NCBI GenBank assembly: GCA_028279655.1
Contig: JANQNH010000005.1
Span: forward strand, 144,962 to 208,961
Direction: 5' to 3'
DNA: 64,000 bases
Source of the DNA: Candidatus Nanoarchaeia archaeon
GTDB lineage: Archaea > Nanobdellota > Nanobdellia > Woesearchaeales > JACPBV01
The position numbers were made by a program, and so were the translations under genes. Below the pieces are notes generated by a model that worked only from the letters and a program-made list of their open reading frames with translations, searched no databases and was not told the origin of the DNA. Below are positions 18,457 to 27,643 of the stretch, piece by piece (position 1 is the stretch's first letter; each line of letters begins with the position of its first letter).

Positions 18457-19698
18457 ATGGGGGAAATAAAAGAGAATACTCAAGAACCTGAACAAAAACA
18501 AGAAAATAAAACCAAGATAGATAAGATCCTAGAGAAAAAGTTATCCAGGAGAGATTTCTTAAAATACGGGTTGATAGGCCTTGGAGGGTTGGCAACATCC
18601 ATCTACGGCTATAAACATATCTCTGGAAGAAGCCCCTCATCTCTGCCAAAGATATTTCCTAACTCAGCTCCTGAAAGCTTATGGAGATGGTCAAAAAAAG
18701 CTCTTTATTATAAAAAGATCCAGAAAAACATCCTCTGCCAGTTATGTCCTCATGAATGCACCTTAGAGCCAGAAGACAGGGGCATCTGCAGAACCAGAGT
18801 GAATAAGGATGGAAAACTCTACACCATTGCTTATGGCAATCCCTGCTCAGTACATATAGACCCTATAGAAAAAAAGCCTTTGTTTCATTTTCTTCCGGAG
18901 TCCCAGATATTTTCAATAGCAACCGCAGGATGCAATCTGAGATGCCTAAACTGCCAGAATTGGACAATCTCTCAGTTCCAGCCTGAAGAGACCACCAATT
19001 ATGATCTGCCACCGGAAAAGGTAGTCCTTGCAGCTCAAAAATACAACTGCCAGTCAATAGCCTATACCTACTCTGAACCAATTATCTTCTATGAGTATAT
19101 GTTTGACACATCAAAGATAGCAAAAGCACAAGGGATAGTGAATGTTATGGTGACCGCAGGCTACATAAATGAAAAGCCTTTTAGGGATCTGTGCAAGGTG
19201 ATAGATGCAGCAAACATCGATCTTAAAGGGTTTGATGAAAAAGTGTATAACAGGCTAAATGGCGCTACCCTAAAGCCAGTATTAGATACCTTAAAGATAG
19301 CAAAAGAAGAAGGCATATGGTTTGAGATCACCAACCTTGTTGTGCCAACATGGTCAGATGATCCTGGCATGATCAGGGAGATGTCCAGATGGCTGTACAA
19401 GAACAATATGCAGGATTACCCCATACACTTCTCAAGATTCCATCCCCAGTACAAGATGACCCATCTTCCACCAACCCCAACACAAAGGCTCAAACAAGCA
19501 AGAGAGATAGCTATGGATGAAGGCATAAAATTCGTCTACATAGGGAATGTTCCTGGAACAGATGCAGAGAATACCTATTGCCCAAAATGCGGGAAGATAG
19601 TAATTGGCAGAAAAGGATACAAGATCACAGAAAATAATTTAAATAATGGATCATGTAAATCTTGTGGAGAAAAAATCCCAGGGGTGTGGAAACTATGA
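18457..19698 (+). CDS. amrS: AmmeMemoRadiSam system radical SAM enzyme with Tat signal peptide
   Basis: N-terminal SRRDFLKYGLIGLGGLATSIYG is a twin-arginine signal. The radical SAM motif is CNLRCLNC (Cx3Cx2C). Similar overall to the AmrS/PflA-like family. Confidence 0.8.
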   Translation: MGEIKENTQEPEQKQENKTKIDKILEKKLSRRDFLKYGLIGLGGLATSIYGYKHISGRSPSSLPKIFPNSAPESLWRWSKKALYYKKIQKNILCQLCPHECTLEPEDRGICRTRVNKDGKLYTIAYGNPCSVHIDPIEKKPLFHFLPESQIFSIATAGCNLRCLNCQNWTISQFQPEETTNYDLPPEKVVLAAQKYNCQSIAYTYSEPIIFYEYMFDTSKIAKAQGIVNVMVTAGYINEKPFRDLCKVIDAANIDLKGFDEKVYNRLNGATLKPVLDTLKIAKEEGIWFEITNLVVPTWSDDPGMIREMSRWLYKNNMQDYPIHFSRFHPQYKMTHLPPTPTQRLKQAREIAMDEGIKFVYIGNVPGTDAENTYCPKCGKIVIGRKGYKITENNLNNGSCKSCGEKIPGVWKL

Positions 19699-21194
19699 AA
19701 AAGACAACCAGACACCTAATACTATTCACAACAATAGCCATGATCTTCTTATTGGTACTTGCATACCATTCTAACAACAATGAAAACAGCAATGAAAACA
19801 AAAAAGAGAAGAAAGTAGTAAGACCTGAAGCAGTGGCAGGCTCCTGGTATCCAGGAGATAAGGAGACTCTCGATACAGAGGTAAGCAGATACCTTGATAA
19901 TGTTCCAAAGCTCAACCTAAACGGAACAATCAAGGCCATCATTGTGCCTCATGCAGGCTATAGGTTCTCTGGACAGATTGCAGCCATAGCATTCAAGCAG
20001 CTGGATGACATATACAATAAGGTTATCCTTCTTGGGCCATCCCACCATTACCCTTTAGAGCAAGCCTCTATTATGGAAGTAACTCATTATCAGACACCTT
20101 TAGGAGAGATAGAACTTTCAAATGAGATAGATGAGCTGATGAAAGAGGATATGATCTCTTCTGTTCCAGAAGCCCATAAAAAAGAGCATTCCCTGGAGCT
20201 GGAGCTGCCTTTTATGCAGAAAACACTCAGTGATTTTAAGCTAATCCCTATATTGGTAGGAAAGATCGATCCAGAGGAGTTCAAGCAGATACTCCTAAAA
20301 TATATAGATGACAAAACCCTTATAGTGATAAGCGTTGATCTCTCCCATTATCATAGTTATGAAGGGGCCCTTCAATTAGACGCTTATTCGATAGAAAGGA
20401 TCCTAGCAATAGACTCAGAAGGGATATTCAATGCAGAGATAGATGCACCATGGGCAGTCTCTACCCTACTTAAGATTGCAGATGAAAAATCATGGAAACC
20501 TTCCCTTCTTTTCTATGCAAATTCGGGGGATGTTAGTGGAGATAAGAAGAGCGTTGTTGGATACTCTGCCATCGCTTTTCTCGAAGAGCAGGAACACACA
20601 TTAGAAGAAGAACCCCTGACAAAAGAAGAGCAGAAACTTCTTCTTCAACTAGCCAGATACACAGCAGAACAGTACCTGGAAACCGGAAAGACCATAAATA
20701 TCGACAGCACAAAGCTCTCACCCTCTCTTAAGAAGGTCCAGGGCTGCTTTACCACATTCAACAAGAATCACAACCTGAGAGGATGTATTGGCCACATCCT
20801 GCCCAAGGAAGAGCTATATAGGTGCGTCATGGATAATGCAGTAAATGCCGCTGTGAATGATCAAAGGTTCCCAAAGGTTTCAAAAGAAGAGATGAAAGAT
20901 ATAGCCATAGAGATATCAGTTCTCACTGTCCCTCAAAAACTGGATTTCGATTCAGGAAAAGAGCTTTCAGATAAGCTTAGGCCCATGATCGATGGGGTTG
21001 TGCTAAAGCAGGGATTTAAGCAGTCCACCTATCTCCCCCAGGTATGGACAAACTTCAAGTCCAAGGATGAATTCTTGACAAGCCTTTGCAGGAAAGGAGG
21101 AATGCCCCTCAACTGCTGGCAGGACACCCAGACAGAGGTTTTTACATATCAGGCCTTTGTTTTTGAGGAAACTAACGTACAAACCACAGGCTGA
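19695..21194 (+). CDS. Fusion of AmmeMemoRadiSam system protein B (MEMO1-like) and AMMECR1 domain (AmrA), N-terminal membrane anchor
   Basis: ATG at 19695 overlaps the amrS stop (ATGA). The Memo-like part has SWYPG and IVPHAGYRFSG. The C-terminal AMMECR1 domain has LRGCIGH. A hydrophobic segment follows MKKTTRHLILFTTIAMIFLLVLA. Confidence 0.8.
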   Translation: MKKTTRHLILFTTIAMIFLLVLAYHSNNNENSNENKKEKKVVRPEAVAGSWYPGDKETLDTEVSRYLDNVPKLNLNGTIKAIIVPHAGYRFSGQIAAIAFKQLDDIYNKVILLGPSHHYPLEQASIMEVTHYQTPLGEIELSNEIDELMKEDMISSVPEAHKKEHSLELELPFMQKTLSDFKLIPILVGKIDPEEFKQILLKYIDDKTLIVISVDLSHYHSYEGALQLDAYSIERILAIDSEGIFNAEIDAPWAVSTLLKIADEKSWKPSLLFYANSGDVSGDKKSVVGYSAIAFLEEQEHTLEEEPLTKEEQKLLLQLARYTAEQYLETGKTINIDSTKLSPSLKKVQGCFTTFNKNHNLRGCIGHILPKEELYRCVMDNAVNAAVNDQRFPKVSKEEMKDIAIEISVLTVPQKLDFDSGKELSDKLRPMIDGVVLKQGFKQSTYLPQVWTNFKSKDEFLTSLCRKGGMPLNCWQDTQTEVFTYQAFVFEETNVQTTG

Positions 21195-21876
21195 CCTCAT
21201 ACAACAACACCAAGGGCAACCCAATGATCAGCTGGGTTACAATATCAGGAGGGGTTATCAGGGCAGCCGCCAGGAAGATTATCACATATACATGAGCCCT
21301 GTACTTCTTCAATACCCAGACATTTACCACCCCTAGCTTGTTGAGTATTATCAGGAGCAACGGCATCTGAAAGACCAGCCCAAAAACAAGACAGCTCATA
21401 AGTACAAAATCTATAAACTTGCCGATAGACCACATATTCTCAACAATTCCCAAAGAAAGGTTTCCTAAAAAATATATAGCAATAGGCAGGAATATAAAAT
21501 ATGCAAACACAATCCCAATCATAAAGAGCAGAATAAATGATGGAAGCACCATCTTAATGCCTTCTTTTTCCTTCTTATTCAGCCCAGGTCGGATAAATAC
21601 AAGTATCTGATATATCAGCACAGGAAGACTGATTATAAATGCCGCGAGTAATCCGACCTTGATCTGTGTTAATATATACTCGACAGGACTCAGCCCTACA
21701 ACCTTCACATTTTCTAAGAAGATAAGGTCATTCATTATCCGTTTGATAAAAAAATCAGAAAACCCAAAGCCAGCTATAAAGCATAGGAAAAGAAACACCA
21801 GCACTACGATTAACCTCTTTCTCAATTCCCCAATATGCTCTTGTAGTGGTAGCTCCATCTTTCTCTCTACTACCAC
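21172..21876 (-). CDS. tatC: Sec-independent protein translocase TatC
   Basis: Six TM segments. LQEHIGELRKRL N-terminal motif, ITPPD and LYEVS motifs. Confidence 0.85.
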   Translation of the reverse strand: MVVERKMELPLQEHIGELRKRLIVVLVFLFLCFIAGFGFSDFFIKRIMNDLIFLENVKVVGLSPVEYILTQIKVGLLAAFIISLPVLIYQILVFIRPGLNKKEKEGIKMVLPSFILLFMIGIVFAYFIFLPIAIYFLGNLSLGIVENMWSIGKFIDFVLMSCLVFGLVFQMPLLLIILNKLGVVNVWVLKKYRAHVYVIIFLAAALITPPDIVTQLIIGLPLVLLYEVSLWFVR

Positions 21877-21906
21877 CTCCCTAAAGAAATTTTATCTCAA
21901 CTCCAT

Positions 21907-22013
21907 TGACAATGCTGCCAAGTGAAGTCCAAGCAAAACACGTTGCCCTACGAAAGTACTTGGCTGAATGTTCCATTACTAAACTTGCACGGAACGCAGC
22001 ATTGTCATGAATC
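21907..22013. repeat. 107-bp intergenic repeat, copy A (perfect 12-bp TIR: TGACAATGCTGC / GCAGCATTGTCA)
   Basis: Same length and termini as the copies at 31208..31314 and 32448..32554. Lies between tatA and tatC. Confidence 0.8.
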
Positions 22014-22025
22014 ATTAAAAATAAA

Positions 22026-22178
22026 CTAATCCCTAACCTTGCTCTTTTTGCCAGCCATACCTTCTCTGTAAGATTTTACGCTCTCTCCGATGCTTCTTGC
22101 CAGCTCAGGCAGTTTCTTTGGCCCAAAAAGAAGCAATATAATGAACAACACCACCAATATCTCAGGCATGCTTATCAT
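22026..22178 (-). CDS. tatA: Sec-independent translocase TatA/E (50 aa, not in ORF track)
   Basis: Translation MISMPEILVVLFIILLLFGPKKLPELARSIGESVKSYREG... has the TatA hallmark FG-x2-KLP followed by an amphipathic helix. Confidence 0.7.
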   Translation of the reverse strand: MISMPEILVVLFIILLLFGPKKLPELARSIGESVKSYREGMAGKKSKVRD

Positions 22179-22324
22179 ACGAATCACCCCAAAAACAGTA
22201 AAATAACAGAGAATATAAACTTTATGTTTTGCAGCGTTGTCCCTTAGATCTGCTATTTATAGTCACTTATCAATAGTAACAAATAGAAACATTTAAATAC
22301 TAGATATTATACTTTGATATCAGT

Positions 22325-22969
22325 ATGATGTTAGCTCTAAATAATGGTAATGGTAGGTGGATAGAACCAACTGATCCAAATACTATAGAAGAGATTGTGG
22401 AATCAGTTGTAAAAGCAGATGTTATTATATCAGATATAGACGGCACTGTAGCTCCAAATAATAAAATAGGAATATTATATTCTGAAATAGCTAGGAGAAA
22501 GCTTGCAGGCCATTCTTTAAGGTGGTTTGATAAGGGGGTTGGTTTTAGTAAATTTTGGTATACTAAGGAATATGCTAAAGGGAAAGCATTCCCAGGAGTT
22601 TTGGATTTTTACCAGGATTTGTCAAAATTAAACCCAGATCAAAAGAAGATAATGGTTAGTAGAAATGCTAGAATCGTATTAAATGCATATCAGCAAGCAT
22701 TGTGTTTCACTGATATCCTTCCAAGGGAGTTTGATAAAAAGGAAGCTGTTGATAAGATAATTGATATGTATCCCAACGCAAGAAATTTCGTAGTCTTTGG
22801 TAATGATTCATCAGATCAAGAGATGCTGGATCACCTTAGGGCTAAAAAAGATGAAAGATATAGTGTTAAAGGAATTTATGTAGCTAGTTCAAGACCTGCT
22901 ATCAATAAAGGTTTTGATGCCAACATTGGTAGACACTACGGTGCATTAAGAGATAAACTACCTATATAA
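22325..22969 (+). CDS. HAD-superfamily hydrolase
   Basis: ISDIDGT (DxDGT motif I) and a distal FGNDSSD motif. Confidence 0.55.
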   Translation: MMLALNNGNGRWIEPTDPNTIEEIVESVVKADVIISDIDGTVAPNNKIGILYSEIARRKLAGHSLRWFDKGVGFSKFWYTKEYAKGKAFPGVLDFYQDLSKLNPDQKKIMVSRNARIVLNAYQQALCFTDILPREFDKKEAVDKIIDMYPNARNFVVFGNDSSDQEMLDHLRAKKDERYSVKGIYVASSRPAINKGFDANIGRHYGALRDKLPI

Positions 22970-25159
22970 CGTTTTTGACTTAACAATCAACCCACCAATT
23001 AAATTCAAAATCCCGACTAAAAAACACACCTTAAATATGCCTATTAAGGGTATCAAAAGTGAACTGACGAGCAGAGCACCTATAGCAGCCCCGATAAGAT
23101 CAGCATTATAAAGTCTGCCTGCTGTTTCTCCTATCTTCCCTTTAAATGACAGTTTGGAGGCCAGGGGAAATTCCATCCCTACCAGTGCAGCGATCAAGAA
23201 AGTAAACAGCGGCATAATTAATCTTGATAAGAAGTAGACCAGTACCACATTTCCTGCTTTACTCAGAAAAATAAAGACAAAAGGAAGCATGATAGAGTAG
23301 AAGGATATAGAATACTCTATATTTACAAGCTCTTTCTTTCCCATATCCTCTAGCCTCCTGTTCATATAATAGGAACCAGTTGCAAGACCCATCATGAAAG
23401 CTGTTATTATTATAGCTATCTGATGGTAGGCATATCCATAAAGAACCTGAAATCCTATCAATATAACTACTTCAAGTGAAGATGCTGCAAAGCCAGAGCT
23501 AAAGACAGCAAATGATATGGCTTTTAACCTGCTTAGATAGAAGACAAGAAGACCTATCAAGGTAATAAAAAACAATGTGCTGTCAAGTCTAAAATGTCTG
23601 ACCCAATACAGAAGATGGTAATAATAGCTTATTGGGTTAAAGTCCTTATTTACCTCAGCACCAGGGTCCAGGGATTTCTTTACATAGTTTATTCTGTCAT
23701 TAGTCAATCTTCCTTTCAGGTAAAAACCATTGACATAGCTTGTTTCAATCCCCTTATCCTCAATCAAACCTGCAATATTGTAGCTCAAGCCTGATTCAGA
23801 GGCAATGAATATGTTCCTTTCACCAGGGATCACAATTACTTTACCAAAATGTTCAGACAATGAATTATAAAGCACAGAGTTTAGCTTACGAACCTCAGCA
23901 CCAAGGTAATTTACACCCCCGCTCATGCTTAAGGAGAATATCCCATTTTTCTTCAATATCCTCTTGATCTCTTTAAAAAATTCAACAGTATAGAACCTGT
24001 TTAGCTGTGCAGTGCTTGGATCAGGAAGATCCACTATTACCGCATCATACCTATCCTTAGTATTCCTTACAAATAACCTTCCATCCATATTGATAATCCT
24101 CACCCTTGGATCATCTAGATTCTTAGTATATCTTCTGCCAAGTTCAACAATCAATTGGTCCAGCTCAACATAATCCAAAGAAACATTATATTTCAGTATC
24201 TCATCAATAGTTCCTGAGACACCTCCGGAAATCAACAATACCCTGCTTGCATTCTCTACCTGTACCATAGCATAATGAACAGTCTCTTCATTTCTAATGA
24301 CATCCTCTGTAGTGAAAAGCGTAATACCATTCTCATAAAAATTATACTGATCAAGGGTCTTAGTTACAACAAGATTACCATAAGGCGTATCTCTCTGAAA
24401 AACCAATTCCTGGCCAATATACTGCCTTTCCCTGCTAACCTTATTCAAATCAAAGGAAAAGAATCCAGCAAGAACCACAAAAGCCAACAAGAAGATAGCA
24501 ACAACCATCATCTTTTTCTTAATAAAGAAAGCTAAAGCCATTGAAGCAATAATGTTAACTACAAAAAGAAAGAATACTATCTGAAACACATTAAGGAGAT
24601 ATACAAAAACAAAGCTGAATAGTATCCCCCCTAGTATATCGCCAATGCTATCCATGAAATAGACCTTTCCAATAGCAGAAGAATCCTTCTTCAGGGAATA
24701 AAGATGGCATGCCAATGTCAAGAGAAAACCCGATACAAGGCAGTATGGCATAAGTATGAACAGGGATGAAAAGAAGATCTCAACAATTCCAATCAGCTCC
24801 CCAGATAAGAATATGGTGTTTCTCAACTCCCTTATAACAATGATATGGAAGAAAGGAAGGACAGAGATAAGAAGCTGAGATATGATCAGCCAGGATATCT
24901 TTCCTTTTTTCATATACTTTCCAAGATATGCCCCTATCCCAGTTAGCAATAGCCAGTTTGCAAGTATAATTCCAAACACCAGCTCATTCCCATAGAACAC
25001 ACCAAAGAATTCTCGTATTGCAATAATCTGGGTAATTATAGATGATATCCCTAATGCAGTTATTGAAAAGAACAATAACCGTTGTCTCTTGCCTTTTATA
25101 ACACCCATAAAAAAAGAGAATTCAGATATATATTTAATTATTTCCTCCAAACATTCCAA
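22958..25159 (-). CDS. Polytopic membrane protein fused to spermidine-synthase-like (aminopropyltransferase-fold) domain
   Basis: 733 aa. Central LLISGGVSGT...VDLPDP region resembles the spermine/spermidine synthase fold. It is flanked by many TM helices. Confidence 0.6.
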   Translation of the reverse strand: MECLEEIIKYISEFSFFMGVIKGKRQRLLFFSITALGISSIITQIIAIREFFGVFYGNELVFGIILANWLLLTGIGAYLGKYMKKGKISWLIISQLLISVLPFFHIIVIRELRNTIFLSGELIGIVEIFFSSLFILMPYCLVSGFLLTLACHLYSLKKDSSAIGKVYFMDSIGDILGGILFSFVFVYLLNVFQIVFFLFVVNIIASMALAFFIKKKMMVVAIFLLAFVVLAGFFSFDLNKVSRERQYIGQELVFQRDTPYGNLVVTKTLDQYNFYENGITLFTTEDVIRNEETVHYAMVQVENASRVLLISGGVSGTIDEILKYNVSLDYVELDQLIVELGRRYTKNLDDPRVRIINMDGRLFVRNTKDRYDAVIVDLPDPSTAQLNRFYTVEFFKEIKRILKKNGIFSLSMSGGVNYLGAEVRKLNSVLYNSLSEHFGKVIVIPGERNIFIASESGLSYNIAGLIEDKGIETSYVNGFYLKGRLTNDRINYVKKSLDPGAEVNKDFNPISYYYHLLYWVRHFRLDSTLFFITLIGLLVFYLSRLKAISFAVFSSGFAASSLEVVILIGFQVLYGYAYHQIAIIITAFMMGLATGSYYMNRRLEDMGKKELVNIEYSISFYSIMLPFVFIFLSKAGNVVLVYFLSRLIMPLFTFLIAALVGMEFPLASKLSFKGKIGETAGRLYNADLIGAAIGALLVSSLLIPLIGIFKVCFLVGILNLIGGLIVKSKTLYR

Positions 25160-25281
25160 CTATCTCTCTGGCAGCAGCCTGTATGCTCCATTCATTCTTT
25201 ATAAGGAAAACAAGCAGGATTACAACTAGAATAATTATAATAACGGAAATTATCTTTATCCTTCCATTCTTAAACTTCATA

Positions 25282-25662
25282 CTATCCCCTTTTTTCAAGA
25301 ACCCTTGCACTGTTCTCAAAATTTACAAACGTAACACTATCTCCTTCATTCAATTCCTCTAATAAAGAACCATCTATATCAGCATCAACAGTCTCAAAAC
25401 TCACATTATCCATCACCTGCACCTTATCAGACAGCTTTGAAATTACCTGCCCTTCCTTTCTTATGATATCCAATACCTCAACATTATCATGGTGGTTTAG
25501 GTTAAGGCTCTTCTCTCCTTTGGAAAACAGGCCCTGTACAAACAGTTTTGTCTTAGAATGCGAATGCGTGCCATAAGCAACTACCTCTTTTCTTATGACC
25601 TTCATTATCTCATTTCCTATCTTCACATAGTTTCCGGTCTTAAGCTCTTTTGCTTCAGTCAT
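25282..25662 (-). CDS. Translation initiation factor 5A (aIF5A) with Thr at the hypusine position
   Basis: Aligns ungapped with archaeal aIF5A (LKxGxY...G-[K]-HG.AK...QVMDNVSFETVDADID). The GKHGSAK hypusine loop reads GTHSHSK here. Confidence 0.7.
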   Translation of the reverse strand: MTEAKELKTGNYVKIGNEIMKVIRKEVVAYGTHSHSKTKLFVQGLFSKGEKSLNLNHHDNVEVLDIIRKEGQVISKLSDKVQVMDNVSFETVDADIDGSLLEELNEGDSVTFVNFENSARVLEKRG

Positions 25663-25894
25663 CTTCCTCCCCCAAAAACCTATAATTCTTATTGTTTATA
25701 AATTTTTTGTGTTAGATCCCCTCTATCGACAAATTAGTTATATATTTTATATAATTATCTCAAAAAAAGCACAAGGTTTATAAATAGATTTGTGCCCCCA
25801 AAGTAATGAATTATTACATATTAGTAGATATCATTAGAATGATTCCCAAGGACAGGGGTGGTTTTGGGAGAATATATCAATTTTGGTGTAGGAT

Positions 25895-27643
25895 ATGATA
25901 GGAGCTAAAAGAGAAAAAAGATTAAAGCCAGCACTATTATTAGTAGGAAGAAAAGCAAGAAATATTGCTACCCAGCTACGAAAACAAAGATATCTAACAT
26001 ACGTTTGCGATTCCCCGAATATGGCCTCCAGTGAAAATAACCCTACAGCTACCTTGGATAAGATACTCCAGAGAGACCATCCGGATATTGTGGTTTTGAC
26101 TGACAGAAAGGAAAAACTTAAAAGACAAGAAGCCCTTTATCGTTATATCAAAGAAAGCACCAAGACAAACAATTCTAGTGGTATAAGGGTGATAGTTCCA
26201 GAACAACTGACACCAACTATAAAAGAAGTTGATTCTGATGATAGCTACCTCCCAAATCCAGCAAACCTTGTTCAACTTGTCCGAAATGCAGGTGTTGTAT
26301 GGGCAAGAATGCTTAAATCAAGAGATATTCCAGATAGGGAGACAACACCTAAGATTTTTGTTGCTACAGGACCAACATGTGCAGGTAAGACAACAGTGAG
26401 TGACAGAGTTGCCAAGTTATATGAGAATGGAAGGCTTGTAATCAAGCATAGAGCAGGCATACTAAGACCTACTGATAGCAATGGGGTTGATTACATCGTA
26501 AGACCCGTATCCAGAATTCGAAAGGATATATCATTAGGAGTACTGCTAGGATATAGACACTATGGAAGAGAGTACGGAATACCTGTTATTGATATAAATA
26601 ATATTCGAAGCAGAGGAGAAGACGCAATGGTTGTTGTCGCAGAGACTGATGCAGTTGCAAAGATAATAAATCATTTCGGAGAAGATATTGTAAGGCCCAT
26701 CTATCTATATACCACAGCAGACGCACTAGAGACCCGCCTCTATAAAGAATTGGGACATAGAAGGTCTCCAGATGAGATAAAGCAAAGAATGAGAGAGATC
26801 AGAGAGCAGGAACTTGAATCGTTCTATGCGCATCCAGAGATGTTTGCATGGTGGGTCCCTAACCACAACCCATACTGCCCTGAAGATAGCAGAGACTTTG
26901 CAAAAGCCAGACAGAAATATTGGGATGATAGGGAGATAGCAAGATGTGTAAATTGGGTTGATACCATTATGAGATGGGAATATAATCATGATTGCGGTCA
27001 GATCCCTCAACATGAATGTGAGAGGCAATATGTAGATCATTTGGTCACTAGCTTATTTGGATACAATTCTGATGAATTGATTGAAAGGCTTAATGGAGGT
27101 AAAGATGTACACCTTGTTTCAAATGGACAATTGACCGATTATGTGAGATGGCTGCGTGAAGAACAGAACCAGCGTCATGTAGATACTGATCATGTTAGAC
27201 AAATTATAGACAAAAAGGTATTGCATGCATCTGACGACTCTACACTTACACTATTCTTTGAACCTTATATGGATATAAATAAGGACTCAGGAACGTGGTC
27301 AGACAAGGAAATTATTTTAGGTTATATTGAGGCCCTTGCTGGACCATCTGTCCACCGGAACAATATGCTGACGAAACTTGGTTCTTCTGCCTTTGGTAAT
27401 TGTGGATTGTCCAATGATGGAAGTTTTGTATTAGTAGATGATGGACTATTCTATGCCTTAAGCTTGCCCCCTTCATCTGTAAAGCAGGCTGGAAAAAGAA
27501 AAAGGTTAGCCATATCATTCCTTAGAGAACCAGTTAGGGATCCTGCAAGATTACAAAGCAGGACCTTCACACCTGAAGAAAGAGAGCATATGAGACATGC
27601 ACAGTATTCACTGATGAGTGCTCTAGCAATGCATAGATACTAA
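25895..27643 (+). CDS. Large P-loop (kinase-like) domain protein of unknown function
   Basis: Walker A is ATGPTCAGKTTV. 582 aa with a R/H/W/D-rich composition unlike its neighbours. Confidence 0.45.
   Translation: MIGAKREKRLKPALLLVGRKARNIATQLRKQRYLTYVCDSPNMASSENNPTATLDKILQRDHPDIVVLTDRKEKLKRQEALYRYIKESTKTNNSSGIRVIVPEQLTPTIKEVDSDDSYLPNPANLVQLVRNAGVVWARMLKSRDIPDRETTPKIFVATGPTCAGKTTVSDRVAKLYENGRLVIKHRAGILRPTDSNGVDYIVRPVSRIRKDISLGVLLGYRHYGREYGIPVIDINNIRSRGEDAMVVVAETDAVAKIINHFGEDIVRPIYLYTTADALETRLYKELGHRRSPDEIKQRMREIREQELESFYAHPEMFAWWVPNHNPYCPEDSRDFAKARQKYWDDREIARCVNWVDTIMRWEYNHDCGQIPQHECERQYVDHLVTSLFGYNSDELIERLNGGKDVHLVSNGQLTDYVRWLREEQNQRHVDTDHVRQIIDKKVLHASDDSTLTLFFEPYMDINKDSGTWSDKEIILGYIEALAGPSVHRNNMLTKLGSSAFGNCGLSNDGSFVLVDDGLFYALSLPPSSVKQAGKRKRLAISFLREPVRDPARLQSRTFTPEEREHMRHAQYSLMSALAMHRY

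Noticed and set aside
25134-25319. 61-aa ORF overlapping the ends of the spermidine-synthase-like gene and aIF5A
   Set aside because: It overlaps two well-supported genes. A hydrophobic run alone is insufficient evidence.
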